This document shows, in pieces, positions 44,371-54,917 of a DNA stretch of 64,000 bases (its first letter is position 1; each line of letters begins with the position of its first letter). This DNA is from Nitrospirota bacterium (lineage in GTDB: Bacteria > Nitrospirota > UBA9217): NCBI GenBank assembly GCA_963740085.1, contig CAVUCU010000007.1, positions 122,835 to 186,834 of the forward strand. Direction: 5' to 3'. A program made the position numbers and the translations under genes. The notes beneath the pieces are model-generated. The model was not told the DNA's origin. It searched no databases and worked only from the letters and a program-made list of their open reading frames with translations.

Positions 44371-46347
44371 TTACAGTTTTCCCTTCACCAGGTTATTCAC
44401 CACCGATGGATCAGCCAGCGTCGAGGTATCGCCGAGTTCATCTATCTGGCCGTGCGCGATCTTCCGCAGGATGCGGCGCATGATCTTGCCGCTCCGCGTC
44501 TTCGGGAGTCCGGGCGCGAACTGCAGCTTGTCCGGAGTGGCGATCGGCCCGATGACCGAACGGACATGACCGGTGAGTATCTTCTTGAGCTCATCGGTCG
44601 GCTTGAATCCGTCCTTGAGTGTCACGTAAACATAGATCCCTTCGCCCTTGATGTCATGCGGATAGCCGACCACTGCGGCCTCGGCGACCGCTTCGTGGCT
44701 GACGAGCGCGGACTCGACCTCGGCCGTGCCGAGCCGGTGTCCGGACACGTTGATCACATCATCTACGCGGCCCATGAGCCAGTAATCGCCGCTCTCGTCC
44801 ACCCGCGCGCCGTCACCGGTAAAGTACTTGCCCGGGAACCTGCTGAAGTAGACCTCTTTGATGCGCTTGTTCTCGGGATCGCCGTAGGTGCCGCGTAGCA
44901 TGCCGGGCCAGGGCTTATTGATGCATAGGTATCCGCCCTCGTTTGCACCGGCCGGCGAACCGTCTTCTTTTACTACCTGGGGTACGACCCCGGGGAACGG
45001 TCTCGTTGCCGAACCTGGCTTAGCCGTGATCGCGCCGGGAAGCCCGGTGATCAGGATTCCGCCGGTCTCGGTCTGCCACCACGTGTCAACGATCGGTACT
45101 TTTTCCCTGCCCACAAACTTATGGTACCACATCCACGCCTCGGGATTGATGGGCTCGCCCACGCTTCCAAGGACCTTCAGGGACGACAACTCGTGGCTGG
45201 TCACCCACTTATCCCCTTCTTTCATCAGGGCGCGGATCGCCGTGGGTGCGGTATAGAAGATATTCACCCGATGTTTGTCCACAATGTCCCAGAACCTGCC
45301 CGGATCGGGATAGCTCGGGATGCCCTCGAACATGAGCGACGTCGCTCCGTTCGAAAGCGGTCCGTAGAGGATATAGCTGTGGCCCGTGACCCATCCGATG
45401 TCGGCGGTGCAGAAGTGGATGTCCTCATCATGGTAGTCGAAGATCCACCGGAAGCTCAAATTGGTATAGAGCATGTAACCAGCCGTGGTGTGCAGCACTC
45501 CCTTGGGTTTTCCCGTGGAGCCGGAGGTGTAGAGGATGAAGAGCGGGTCCTCAGCGTCCATCTTCTCGGGCTCGCAATAATTGGCGATGTCCTTCCCTGC
45601 CATCTCCTCATGCCACCAGGTGTCCCTGCCCGGTTCCATGTTTATCTTGCCCGTGCCTGCCCGCTGAACCACGATCATGTCCTTGACCGTCGGGCATTCA
45701 AGGATCGCCTCATCGGCGTTCGCCTTCAAAGGCACGTACCGGCCGCCACGGACCCCTTCGTCCGCGGTGATGACCATGGATGACTGGCAATCCTGGATGC
45801 GGTCACGCATTGCCTTCGCGGAAAAACCGCCAAACACCACGCTGTGTATCGCGCCCACCCGGGCGCAGGCCAGCATGGAGATGGCAAGCTCCGGGATCAT
45901 CGGCAAATAGATGGTGACCCGGTCTCCCTTCTTGATGCCCTTCTTCTTGAGAACGTTGGCGAAGCGGTTCACCTCGGTGTAAAGCTGCTGGTAGGTGAAG
46001 GTCTTGTATTCCCCGCCATCTGACTCCCAGATGAGCGCCGCCTTGTTGCGCGTCGTAGTATTGATGAACCGGTCAAGGCAGTTCACCGAGGCATTCAACT
46101 TACCACCGCTGAACCACTTGATATACGGCTTGTGAAAATCATAGTCCAGGACCTTGTCCCACTTTTTGTACCACGTGAGGTTCTTCTCAGCCATCTCGGC
46201 CCAGAACTTGTCGGGCTCGTCTATGGACCTCTTGTAGATCTTTTCGTACTCCTTCATGCTCTTGATATGAGCTTTTGCGCTGAACTCCTTTGATGGGGGA
46301 AACTCTCTTTTTTCCGTTGATAGGACCTGGATGCTTTCATCAGCCAT
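44371..46347 (-). CDS. acs: acetyl-CoA synthetase
   Basis: 'MADESIQ...', AMP-binding '[13 protein letters not shown]', 'YWLMGRVDD' and the C-terminal Lys context are present. The true start at 46347 follows an AGGAG RBS. Confidence 0.9.
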   Translation of the reverse strand: MADESIQVLSTEKREFPPSKEFSAKAHIKSMKEYEKIYKRSIDEPDKFWAEMAEKNLTWYKKWDKVLDYDFHKPYIKWFSGGKLNASVNCLDRFINTTTRNKAALIWESDGGEYKTFTYQQLYTEVNRFANVLKKKGIKKGDRVTIYLPMIPELAISMLACARVGAIHSVVFGGFSAKAMRDRIQDCQSSMVITADEGVRGGRYVPLKANADEAILECPTVKDMIVVQRAGTGKINMEPGRDTWWHEEMAGKDIANYCEPEKMDAEDPLFILYTSGSTGKPKGVLHTTAGYMLYTNLSFRWIFDYHDEDIHFCTADIGWVTGHSYILYGPLSNGATSLMFEGIPSYPDPGRFWDIVDKHRVNIFYTAPTAIRALMKEGDKWVTSHELSSLKVLGSVGEPINPEAWMWYHKFVGREKVPIVDTWWQTETGGILITGLPGAITAKPGSATRPFPGVVPQVVKEDGSPAGANEGGYLCINKPWPGMLRGTYGDPENKRIKEVYFSRFPGKYFTGDGARVDESGDYWLMGRVDDVINVSGHRLGTAEVESALVSHEAVAEAAVVGYPHDIKGEGIYVYVTLKDGFKPTDELKKILTGHVRSVIGPIATPDKLQFAPGLPKTRSGKIMRRILRKIAHGQIDELGDTSTLADPSVVNNLVKGKL

Positions 46348-46515
46348 GAAGAATTCTCCTTTCAAAATGGGGGGAATAAATAAAAAGCGGTGAAGCGGGA
46401 GATTGAATGGTCCTGTTCCCCGTTCACCGATACACCGATGCAAGTATAGCAATATTTTCCGCAGTTGTCCTGAAAAAACCGGACACCCTGTTTCCAGGGC
46501 ATCCGGTTGAACTGA

Positions 46516-48327
46516 TCATTTAAAATGTTCGATCTCTCTGGGATACCGGAGGTTCTGCACCATCTCCTGAACCTGCTGCGGCGGTTCCTTCGTCACCATC
46601 GAGATGACGAACATGACAATGAAGTTGATGCACATACCGATGGTGCCGATGCCTTCAGGCGAGATGCCCCAAAGCCAGTTGCTGGCATTGTTCGCCCCAG
46701 GATTGACGAACTTGAAGTAAATGATATACGCGGCGGTAAAGGCAATCCCGCTCAGCATGCCGAGCATGGCGCCTTCCTTGGTTGCCCGCTTCCAGAAGAT
46801 GCCCATGATGATCACCGGGAAGAAGGATGATGCCGCAAGACCGAAGGCAAAGGCCACGACCTGCGCCACGAATCCCGGAGGGTGGATGCCGAAATAACCG
46901 GCGATAACGACTGCCCCACCGGCCGAGGCCCTGGCCCAGATCAGTTCGCCTTTCTCCGAAATGTCCTTCTTTGCTATGGACTTGACAAGGTCATGTGAAA
47001 TGGCCGCAGCGATAACGAGAAGCAGTCCGGCGGCAGTCGAAAGAGCAGCGGCCAGACCTCCCGCAGCAACAAGGGCGATGACCCATGCGGGGAGCTTCGC
47101 AATCTCAGGGTTGGCAAGCACCATGATATCATTATCGATATACAACTCGTTCGTACTTTTATCGTCTAGGGGCGTCGTAACAATGTTCTCGCCGTACTGG
47201 CCGACCTTAAATGCGCCAGCCGCGTCCTTCTCAAATGCGACCTTGCCCTTGAAGGCATTGCCTTTTGCATACTGGATCTTGCCGTCGTTGTTCTTGTCCT
47301 TCCAGGCGACCAAACCGGTTTTCTCCCAGTTCTTGAACCAGGACGGGGCCTCAGCATAGGTCTTGTTGTTCAACGTGTTTATCATGTTGATCCGGGCAAA
47401 GGAAGCAACTGCCGGTGCCGTGGTGTACAGGATTGCGATGAAAAGCAGTGCCCAGCCGGCCGAAGCGCGGGCGCCCTTGATCGTCGGTGTCGTGAAGAAG
47501 CGGATGATGATGTGAGGAAGACCGGCGGTTCCGACCATGAGCGCGAAGGTGATCATGAACACGTCGATCGTGCTCTTCGCGCCTCCCGCAGTATAGGCCC
47601 TGAAACCGAGATCTATCTGGATCTGGTTAAGCTTTTCAAGCAGATAGCCACTGCCGGTCCCCAGAATCTTCATGCCGTTCTCGCTCAGACTGCTGCCGTA
47701 GCCGAACTGTGGGATCGGGTTGCCGGTGAGCATGATCGAAATGAAGATCGCCGGGATCATGTATGCCATGATCAGCACGCAGTACTGCGCCACCTGTGTA
47801 TAGGTAATGCCCTTCATGCCTCCCAGCACGGCATAGAAGAAGACGATGGCCATACCGATCAGAACGCCGGTGTTGATGTCCACTTCGAGGAAGCGCGAGA
47901 ACACCACGCCCACGCCGCGCATCTGACCGGCGACATAGGTGAATGAAACGAAGATCGCACAGACCAAGGCTACGACTCTCGCGGACTGCGAATAATATCG
48001 TTCACCCACGAACATGGGGACCGTGTATTTCCCGTATTTGCGCAGGTAGGGGGCCAGGAGCATGGCAAGCAGCACGTAGCCGCCTGTCCAGCCCATGAGA
48101 TACATGGAGCCGTCCCTGCCCATGAACGAGATAAGGCCCGCCATGGAAATAAAGGAAGCCGCCGACATCCAGTCGGCGCCGGTGGCCATACCGTTCAGTA
48201 CCGGATGTATCTGCTTGGCAGCAACATAGAACTCACCCGTCGTCTTGGCCTTCGCCCAGAAAGCGATGCCGATATAGAGGGCAAAGGATGCCCCCACAAT
48301 AATCCACGTCCATGTTAATATATTCAT
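46516..48327 (-). CDS. sodium:solute symporter family cation/acetate symporter (ActP-like)
   Basis: This is an SSS-family topology of approximately 14 TM helices ('GMATGADWMSAASFISMAG'). It is adjacent to acs. Confidence 0.85.
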   Translation of the reverse strand: MNILTWTWIIVGASFALYIGIAFWAKAKTTGEFYVAAKQIHPVLNGMATGADWMSAASFISMAGLISFMGRDGSMYLMGWTGGYVLLAMLLAPYLRKYGKYTVPMFVGERYYSQSARVVALVCAIFVSFTYVAGQMRGVGVVFSRFLEVDINTGVLIGMAIVFFYAVLGGMKGITYTQVAQYCVLIMAYMIPAIFISIMLTGNPIPQFGYGSSLSENGMKILGTGSGYLLEKLNQIQIDLGFRAYTAGGAKSTIDVFMITFALMVGTAGLPHIIIRFFTTPTIKGARASAGWALLFIAILYTTAPAVASFARINMINTLNNKTYAEAPSWFKNWEKTGLVAWKDKNNDGKIQYAKGNAFKGKVAFEKDAAGAFKVGQYGENIVTTPLDDKSTNELYIDNDIMVLANPEIAKLPAWVIALVAAGGLAAALSTAAGLLLVIAAAISHDLVKSIAKKDISEKGELIWARASAGGAVVIAGYFGIHPPGFVAQVVAFAFGLAASSFFPVIIMGIFWKRATKEGAMLGMLSGIAFTAAYIIYFKFVNPGANNASNWLWGISPEGIGTIGMCINFIVMFVISMVTKEPPQQVQEMVQNLRYPREIEHFK

Positions 48328-48417
48328 TCAATTCTCCTTTCAAGATACAGTGTCATCCACTGAGAAGGGCAGAAAGCTCTGCCGTATTCCGGCGGACACG
48401 GCCGCCGGGCGCCCACC

Positions 48418-48678
48418 CTACTTTTCGTGTACGTCGTATTTGATATCCAGATGGTTCATGAGCTTCACATAGACGAGGATGAGGATCACGAAGATGACCT
48501 CTGATCCCTGGTTCGCGAACCAGAACCCCAGCGGGAAGCCGGCAATCTTGATAGTGTCCAGCGCGTCGGCAAAAATAATACCGCAGAGATAGGAAACAGT
48601 GAACCAGATGCTGAGCAGGATCACAATGTACGTCAGATTCTCCTTCCAGTACGCTGCTTGATTCAATTTTGTAGCCAT
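48418..48678 (-). CDS. DUF4212-family protein, putative solute symporter small subunit
   Basis: The 86-aa two-TM protein carries 'GFPLGFWFANQGS' and sits immediately upstream of the SSS symporter. Confidence 0.6.
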   Translation of the reverse strand: MATKLNQAAYWKENLTYIVILLSIWFTVSYLCGIIFADALDTIKIAGFPLGFWFANQGSEVIFVILILVYVKLMNHLDIKYDVHEK

Positions 48679-48818
48679 ACGATTCCTCCTTTATACTCGC
48701 TTAGATTATGATCTTGCATATAGTCGCTGATAGTTCATACCTTGCTGATGCAATATCGTTTCTTCCCGTCACCCCCCTCCTGAAGAAAAAACATCCTATA
48801 CAAGCTTCATGGACACTC

Positions 48819-49544
48819 TCACGGGCTTCCTATTCTGAGCAGATCGTCCACGGTCCTTATGCCCCACTGCGGCAGTTCGCCGAGCATGCGCTGCAAGAGC
48901 TGAGCGGTAATGAACGCATCGCTCAGAGCATTGTGTGCATTCTGCACGGTTATATTATATTCTGCGGCGATCGAGAAGAGATCGCCCCTGTCCGGAGAAC
49001 CGCCGTGATAGGCGCAACGGTCTTCTTTCCTGGCAGCGATCCAATTGTAGAGTTTGTACGTATCAACCACCCGGTTCCTCAACGGCTTCCCGTACAGTTC
49101 CTTCATCTCCCGGTTCAGGAACTGGAGATCGATGGACACGACATGGCCTGCCATAAGCGAGTCATCGCAGAACTCAAGGAACTGCGGGAGCAGGGTGTCG
49201 ATCCGGGGCGATCCAGCCGCTTCCGTGGGCGTGATCCCGTGGATGATCACGCTCCCCGCGGTCAGTGCCGTGCGGGGATCGACCTGGCCGTAGAACGTTT
49301 CTCCCAGGAGTATCCTCCCGCCGCGTACCTTCACGGCTCCGATCGAGACAATGGAATCCTTTTTTGCCTTGAGTCCGGTGAGCTCCGTATCGAAGACCAC
49401 AAAGTTCGCGTTACGCAGGTCTTCAGCTTTATCTCCGGAGCGAAGCCCTGCGGACGACGTCCCTTGCCGCTGATCGGACTGACCTGCACCCGCCCCGTCC
49501 CTGCCGAAGAATGTGCTCGTATAGTGGATGAATGAACTTATCAT
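48819..49544 (-). CDS. DEDD-family 3'-5' exonuclease (DnaQ/Pol III epsilon-like)
   Basis: Exo I 'FVVFDTELTGL', Exo II 'MAGHVVSIDLQFL' and Exo III 'YHGG...HNALSDAFITAQL' are present. Confidence 0.8.
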   Translation of the reverse strand: MISSFIHYTSTFFGRDGAGAGQSDQRQGTSSAGLRSGDKAEDLRNANFVVFDTELTGLKAKKDSIVSIGAVKVRGGRILLGETFYGQVDPRTALTAGSVIIHGITPTEAAGSPRIDTLLPQFLEFCDDSLMAGHVVSIDLQFLNREMKELYGKPLRNRVVDTYKLYNWIAARKEDRCAYHGGSPDRGDLFSIAAEYNITVQNAHNALSDAFITAQLLQRMLGELPQWGIRTVDDLLRIGSP

Positions 49545-51556
49545 TACATCACGGTCCCGGGACTATACTGCTTCGTAACAGCGTCCTGCATGCGGCTGAG
49601 GAACTGGCATGTTTCTTTCAGCGTTCTCTTCTCGAGGTTGGACAAGGCATCGGGATTGATGAAGTTATCGGGTTCCTTGCCGTTCTCGATCTGTTCATAC
49701 TGGTGATGGATCCTGAGGAGTATCAGAAAATCGAAGGCCTGCTTCATTTCTTCGCCGAACTCCTTCACGACGGGATGGTTTTCCATGAGCGCGTCGATGC
49801 GCTCAAGCGTGGACGTTTGCGGCACTCCCTTCTCAAGACTATAAAGCCGGACAATGTCGAGGAAGGGGGCGATGCATTTGAACTTGAGGTTCAATTCATC
49901 CTTGTGCTCTCCCGTCTTTTCCACCACAAAGGTCTTGAAGAACCCGAGGGGCGGGTGAAGCATCACCGCCATGTCCGCCATGCGCTTCAGGAAAATGTCA
50001 TGCCCCTTCAGCGTCTCGCTCAAATGGCCCCGCAATGTTTCCGAAAGTACGGTATCGCCGTGGAGCCCCCGGAAATCGAACAGGATGGCAGAAAGCAAAA
50101 TGGCCTCTGACGTGGGGGTGTAGATCCATTCCCGGAAATACTCCTTCCAGACGCTGAGCGGTTTCCTCCATTTGGGGTTGCTCGCCATGTAGCCGCCCGG
50201 GCAGGGGGGAAATCCGCACTGGACGAGCGATTCGATCACGAGGGCGGAAAATTTCTCAAAATACTCCTCAGCAGCCCGGGCCTCATCATCGGTTCCCGGG
50301 TCCGCATAAATGAGCCCGTTGTCCTGGTCCGTTTTGAATGTCTGTTCCTTACGACCCTCGCTGCCGTACACCAGCCAGCAGTAGGCGAGCGGCGGCGGTC
50401 CCAGTTTCCTCTCGGCGAGTTCGAGCACTTTCCGAACCAGCCGGTCATTTATTTCCGTAAAGACCTTGGAGATATTGCTCGCCTTGGCCCCTTCCTTCAG
50501 CAGGAGTCCCACGATGCCGTTGATCTTCTTCGAAACCGGGACCAGTCCCTCGATGGTCTGCTGGCTCTCAATGTCCTTGGTGAGCGAGAGCGGAGAGGTG
50601 CCCTGGAGCATCATCAGATCGTGGTTCGTGATCACACCCATAAGCCGGCCGTCCTTGATCACGAGGATGTGGTGAATGTTATATTTGATCATTTTAAGGA
50701 CTGCCTCAAAACAGTAGTCCTGCGCATCCACCCGGATGAGGGTAGTGCTCATGATGTTCTTCACCTTTTCTCCAATGTCCCTGCCTTTCGCGACGATCTT
50801 CTCCCGCAAATCACGGTCGGTCAAAACTCCCAATGGCAATTTGTTTCTGTCCATGATAATAATGGAACTTATCCGGTTCTCGGACATGATGGCGGCCGCC
50901 TCCTGAACCGTCGTGTCCTCCTGCGTGGAAACCACGTTCTTGATCGCCAGGTCCCCCACCCGCGTCGTGAACAGAATGCGGTCGCTGCTGCTGTAAAACA
51001 TGCTCTTGTCCTGCATTTCGCGGTAGGTTTTGTCGAGGTAACGGGTGATATGGGATTGAAGGAAGAATTCAGTGAAGGAGAGATGCTGATCGAGCAGTTT
51101 CAAAACCATTTCCTGCCCCAGGAGGTAGCAGATCGTGTCATCGACAGCCACGACGTTGGTGCGCACCCGGTCTTTGCCGACCATGGACAGGAAACCGAAG
51201 GTGTCCCCCTCCCCCCGATAATCGATGATAATCTCTCCGCCGTCTTCCGAAACCAGGACGATCTTCACGCCTCCCTTTTTGATGATACGGAGCGCATCGC
51301 TCGGTGATCCGTCCTGTTTCAGAATCACCATGTACCTGGGGTAGAACTCCATGGACAGGTTTCGGGCAACGGCCTGGAGATCCGCATCGTCGAGGAACTG
51401 GAATGGCGGGACCTTCTTCAGGAAGGCAATCGCATCTTCAAGGATAATATTGTTTCCATGATTCGACGTTGCGTGGGATTTCATGTTCTCTACGTAAGCA
51501 AAATAAAGACCATATTTATGAATTGTAGAAAACTGTTTCCATTTCATTAGTTCCAA
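49544..51556 (-). CDS. cNMP-binding + CBS-pair + DUF294 (predicted nucleotidyltransferase) signalling protein
   Basis: An N-terminal cyclic-nucleotide-binding fold and two CBS motifs are followed by a pol-beta-like nucleotidyltransferase region with a C-terminal DUF294_C-like part. The stop overlaps the exonuclease ATG (TAATG). Confidence 0.8.
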   Translation of the reverse strand: MELMKWKQFSTIHKYGLYFAYVENMKSHATSNHGNNIILEDAIAFLKKVPPFQFLDDADLQAVARNLSMEFYPRYMVILKQDGSPSDALRIIKKGGVKIVLVSEDGGEIIIDYRGEGDTFGFLSMVGKDRVRTNVVAVDDTICYLLGQEMVLKLLDQHLSFTEFFLQSHITRYLDKTYREMQDKSMFYSSSDRILFTTRVGDLAIKNVVSTQEDTTVQEAAAIMSENRISSIIIMDRNKLPLGVLTDRDLREKIVAKGRDIGEKVKNIMSTTLIRVDAQDYCFEAVLKMIKYNIHHILVIKDGRLMGVITNHDLMMLQGTSPLSLTKDIESQQTIEGLVPVSKKINGIVGLLLKEGAKASNISKVFTEINDRLVRKVLELAERKLGPPPLAYCWLVYGSEGRKEQTFKTDQDNGLIYADPGTDDEARAAEEYFEKFSALVIESLVQCGFPPCPGGYMASNPKWRKPLSVWKEYFREWIYTPTSEAILLSAILFDFRGLHGDTVLSETLRGHLSETLKGHDIFLKRMADMAVMLHPPLGFFKTFVVEKTGEHKDELNLKFKCIAPFLDIVRLYSLEKGVPQTSTLERIDALMENHPVVKEFGEEMKQAFDFLILLRIHHQYEQIENGKEPDNFINPDALSNLEKRTLKETCQFLSRMQDAVTKQYSPGTVM

Positions 51557-52014
51557 TTATGCATGCTCACTGACTTACGGAAATTACAAGAAAATGCTGT
51601 TATTTACCTTTTCACGTTTTACTCGGCGACAATGCGATAAATTACATAAAATCAATATGTTTTGTTGTCTTCTCTGTAGCCTGTGACAAAAATAGCAGTA
51701 GAATGCATTATGGTGCATAATGGGAATTTATAGAGGTTCACACTTTATAAATATGGACTAAAAAAAATTCTTCACCGCGAATTCATATGATGAAGTCATA
51801 TACTTTAAGGCAGCCATCTCATCCGTAACTAATAGTAATATGCGCCGTGCAGGCAGGCTACTAAAGGTAACCGGGATGGCCGCCAGTAATTTCACACAGT
51901 ATACTTAAACTATGCTTATAATAAATCATCGTGATCACGCATCTGTCCAATTCACTTAACAACGGCTCGATCATTTGTTAGTATTGAACGAACCAATTAT
52001 TTGGGAAAGGTCAT

Positions 52015-52626
52015 ATGGCGGGAATAAACAAGTCTGGTGAAGACAAGGCGTGGGAGATACTTTCGACGCTGAAGCCGGCGGATGTCTGTAAAGCAGCATC
52101 AGTTGTCTATGATGCGACGTCCATAAGTTACCAGGTGACGTCATTCGGCATGAACTTTATCGTTTCCGAGCGAGACAAAAGGTTCTCAAGCCCGGCTTCG
52201 GAGAGCGATGTGCTGCTCGGAAGGCTCGGTTCCTTCTTCCGGCTCTCTGTCCTTTGGTATCTGGTTAGTGCCAAGGACATTGCCTGCACCAACAGGACCG
52301 TGAAACTCGAACACATCAGGGGCGGCGAGATATTCACCAGGGGATCACATGTCCTGCCGCTCGACAGTGTCGCGAACAAGTATGGGAACAACCGGGAAGG
52401 ATTTTTTGCAAAAGGGAAAGATCTTGGTGGTGAGATCATGACTTACGGGGACGCTTCGCTCCGGCTTGCGCCTTTGCCACGAATACCCGTCACCCTGGTG
52501 CTCTGGCTGGAGAACAACGAATTTCCCGCCCGTCTTGACCTGCTGTTCGATTCAACCTGTGTTATGCAATTGCCCACGGACATCATCTGGTCCATTGCCA
52601 TGATGAGCGTACTGATCATGCTCTGA
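52015..52626 (+). CDS. hypothetical protein (possibly DUF3786-like)
   Basis: The 203-aa product has no recognised catalytic motif. An RBS-like GGAAAGG precedes the ATG. Confidence 0.45.
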   Translation: MAGINKSGEDKAWEILSTLKPADVCKAASVVYDATSISYQVTSFGMNFIVSERDKRFSSPASESDVLLGRLGSFFRLSVLWYLVSAKDIACTNRTVKLEHIRGGEIFTRGSHVLPLDSVANKYGNNREGFFAKGKDLGGEIMTYGDASLRLAPLPRIPVTLVLWLENNEFPARLDLLFDSTCVMQLPTDIIWSIAMMSVLIML

Positions 52627-52738
52627 TCCGGTCCGGTTTGAACTTACCCCCGTGAAGATCCGGATGGAAAACGCTGATGGACTTCCCGTACATCCTCCTC
52701 TGGTTTTTTGCGTGCACGCACCGGCCGGTCCGATACCG

Positions 52739-53209
52739 TCATCGATTGTTGTTCTTTTCAATTATCTGCTTCGCCATGGACGCGAGTACACCATCCGGGC
52801 TCACGGTAAATGGCTCGACGGCCTGAATCGCCCTCGGTCCGCCTATCTGTCCCAAGCTGCGGATCGCGCTCTTCATCACGACGGGCGACTGATCAACAGC
52901 AAGCAACTGTATGAGAGGCGAGATCGCCTCGCGGGAACCGATCATGCCCAGCGCTTTTACCGCGCTCTTCCGCACCCGCTCTTCCGGGTCGCTGAACATG
53001 GCGATAAGCCGCGGCACAGCCTCATGCGAACCAAGCTCCCCGAGGGAATAGGCGGCGTTGTTCCTGACCGCCATGATTTTGTCGTCGAGCGCCTCTATCA
53101 AAGCCTTCTCGGCCCCCTTGCCCTTAAGCTTCCCGAGTTCGGCGGCGGCGTTCACCCGGACCATCCCGAGACCGTTCTTCAGATCATTGATCAAACGCTC
53201 AAGACTCAT
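52739..53209 (-). CDS. HEAT-repeat (PBS-lyase-like) protein
   Basis: Repeated approximately 30-aa units 'AVRNNAAYSLGELGSHEAVPRLIAM / VRKSAVKALGMIGSREAISPLIQLL / VMKSAIRSLGQIGGPRAIQAV' are present. Confidence 0.7.
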   Translation of the reverse strand: MSLERLINDLKNGLGMVRVNAAAELGKLKGKGAEKALIEALDDKIMAVRNNAAYSLGELGSHEAVPRLIAMFSDPEERVRKSAVKALGMIGSREAISPLIQLLAVDQSPVVMKSAIRSLGQIGGPRAIQAVEPFTVSPDGVLASMAKQIIEKNNNR

Positions 53210-53223
53210 CGCCTCCTCCTAAT

Positions 53224-53390
53224 CCGGACAAACCGGAACCAAATATGCCACACTGGCCAAGAAGAGGGCCACACTGAGACACGAAGACGCGAAGAAATTC
53301 ATGCGGAGGTTGTAATTCAATAATTCCTTAATTCTTCGTGTTTTCTTTGAGTCTTGGAGCCTTCGTGGCTGAATTTTGTTTCCATTTTGA
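53224..53390. repeat. intergenic repeat family copy C
   Basis: It aligns with copies A and B. It ends at the AGGAGG RBS of the HEAT-repeat gene and lies between two same-strand genes. Confidence 0.5.
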
Positions 53391-53418
53391 GAAGTTTTTT
53401 TATGTGCGGCGCGCATCC

Positions 53419-54768
53419 CTACCGTTCCCTCGGGATCCCCCACTTCTTTCTCTTCTCCCAGAGCGATTTCCGGGTGATCCAGAGCATGTCCGCAAGCTGC
53501 TGTTCGTTGAACTGGCCCTGGTATCTCTGGATGAATGCCTTGGTGTATTCCTCGATGGAAAGCTTTTTGTCAAAGACCTCCGCCTCGAACGATGCCGCCG
53601 CCGTGAGCCCCGCGGGCAGATGTGCGGGGGCGATGACGTCGCCGTCGGAAACAAGGATGGCGCGCTCGATGACGTTCTGGAGCTCACGGACGTTCCCCGC
53701 CCACTCGTAGTTCATCATGAGCTCCAGGGAATCGGGCGCGAGCTCTTTGACGGGTCTCCCCATCTCGTGAGAGTATTTCTCCAGATAGTGCGTTACCAGC
53801 GCCTTGATGTCTTCTTTCCGTTCCCGGAGCGGCGGGATCTGGAGCGAGATGACATTGATCCGGTAATAGAGGTCCTCGCGGAAGGCGTTCTGCTTTACCG
53901 CTGTCTTCAGGTCCTTGTTCGTCGCGGTGATGAACCGGATGTCGACCTTGCTGCCTTTGGTGCTGCCGACGGGGCGGATCACCTGGTCTTCGATGACCCG
54001 GAGCAGTTTGGCCTGGAGCGAGAGGCTCATGTCGCCGATCTCGTCGAGGAACACGGTGCCGCCCTCGGCTTCTTCGAGGATGCCTTTCTTGGTGGCGACC
54101 GCGCCGGTAAAGGCCCCGCGCACGTGGCCGAAAAGCTCGGTCTCGAGCAGGTTCTCGGGGATCGCGGAGCAGTTGATGGGGACAAAGGGCATGTCGCGGC
54201 GGGAGCTGTTGTGGTGGATGACCCGGGCAAAGAGCTCCTTGCCGGTGCCGGTCTCGCCGAGCAGCAGGACGCTGCTCTTGGCGTCCGTGACCTTCCGGAC
54301 CTCGTCGAGGATGGCCCGAAGCGCCGGGCTCTCGCCGATGATGCTGCTGAAGTCGTGCTCCTTCCCGATCTCGCGCTTGAGCAGCACGTTCTCGGCCTGG
54401 AGGCTCTTCTGACGGAGGGCGTTCCGGACGACCTGCTTGATCTCTTCGTGGATGACCGGCTTCATGATGTAGTCGTAGGCGCCCGCGCGGAGCGCTTTGA
54501 TGGAGGTGTCGAGCGACGCATAGGCGGTGACGACGATGACGATCTGGTCCGGGTCCTGTTCCCGCACCCGGGTGAGCATCTCGATGCCGTCCATGCCCGG
54601 CAGGATGATGTCCGTCAGGATGACGTCGTACACGCCGGTTTCAAGGAGGGCAAGGCCCTTCTCCGCCGACTCGGCCCCGTCCACCGTGTACCCTTCCTTG
54701 ACAAAGATGCGCTTGATGGACTCACGCAGCGTCTCTTCGTCTTCTACGATCAAGATGTTCCTGGACAT
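53419..54768 (-). CDS. sigma-54-dependent response regulator (NtrC/CbrB-like: REC + AAA+ enhancer-binding domain + HTH)
   Basis: 'ILIVEDEETLRESI...DVILTDIILPGMDG', 'GETGTGKE', 'GAFTGA' and the ESFELFGHVRGAF context are present, with a C-terminal HTH. Confidence 0.85.
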   Translation of the reverse strand: MSRNILIVEDEETLRESIKRIFVKEGYTVDGAESAEKGLALLETGVYDVILTDIILPGMDGIEMLTRVREQDPDQIVIVVTAYASLDTSIKALRAGAYDYIMKPVIHEEIKQVVRNALRQKSLQAENVLLKREIGKEHDFSSIIGESPALRAILDEVRKVTDAKSSVLLLGETGTGKELFARVIHHNSSRRDMPFVPINCSAIPENLLETELFGHVRGAFTGAVATKKGILEEAEGGTVFLDEIGDMSLSLQAKLLRVIEDQVIRPVGSTKGSKVDIRFITATNKDLKTAVKQNAFREDLYYRINVISLQIPPLRERKEDIKALVTHYLEKYSHEMGRPVKELAPDSLELMMNYEWAGNVRELQNVIERAILVSDGDVIAPAHLPAGLTAAASFEAEVFDKKLSIEEYTKAFIQRYQGQFNEQQLADMLWITRKSLWEKRKKWGIPRER

Positions 54769-54917
54769 CGAAGCCTCAATCAGAATAAAATGCAAAAGTC
54801 AAAATGCGAAAGGTAAAGTGCACCACCACATGAGACGCGGATGACAGGATTTCGTTCGGAGAAATCTTTTTGAGTTTCCTAAGCGGCCCTTTTCCTATAA
54901 GGCATGTGCCTCAGCGG

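Noticed and set aside
44888-45783. 122-aa and 220-aa + strand ORFs
   Set aside because: They are antisense shadows inside the acetyl-CoA synthetase gene.
53338-54816. 492-aa + strand ORF
   Set aside because: It is antisense to the NtrC-family regulator. Its composition is D/R/L-biased with no domain signatures.
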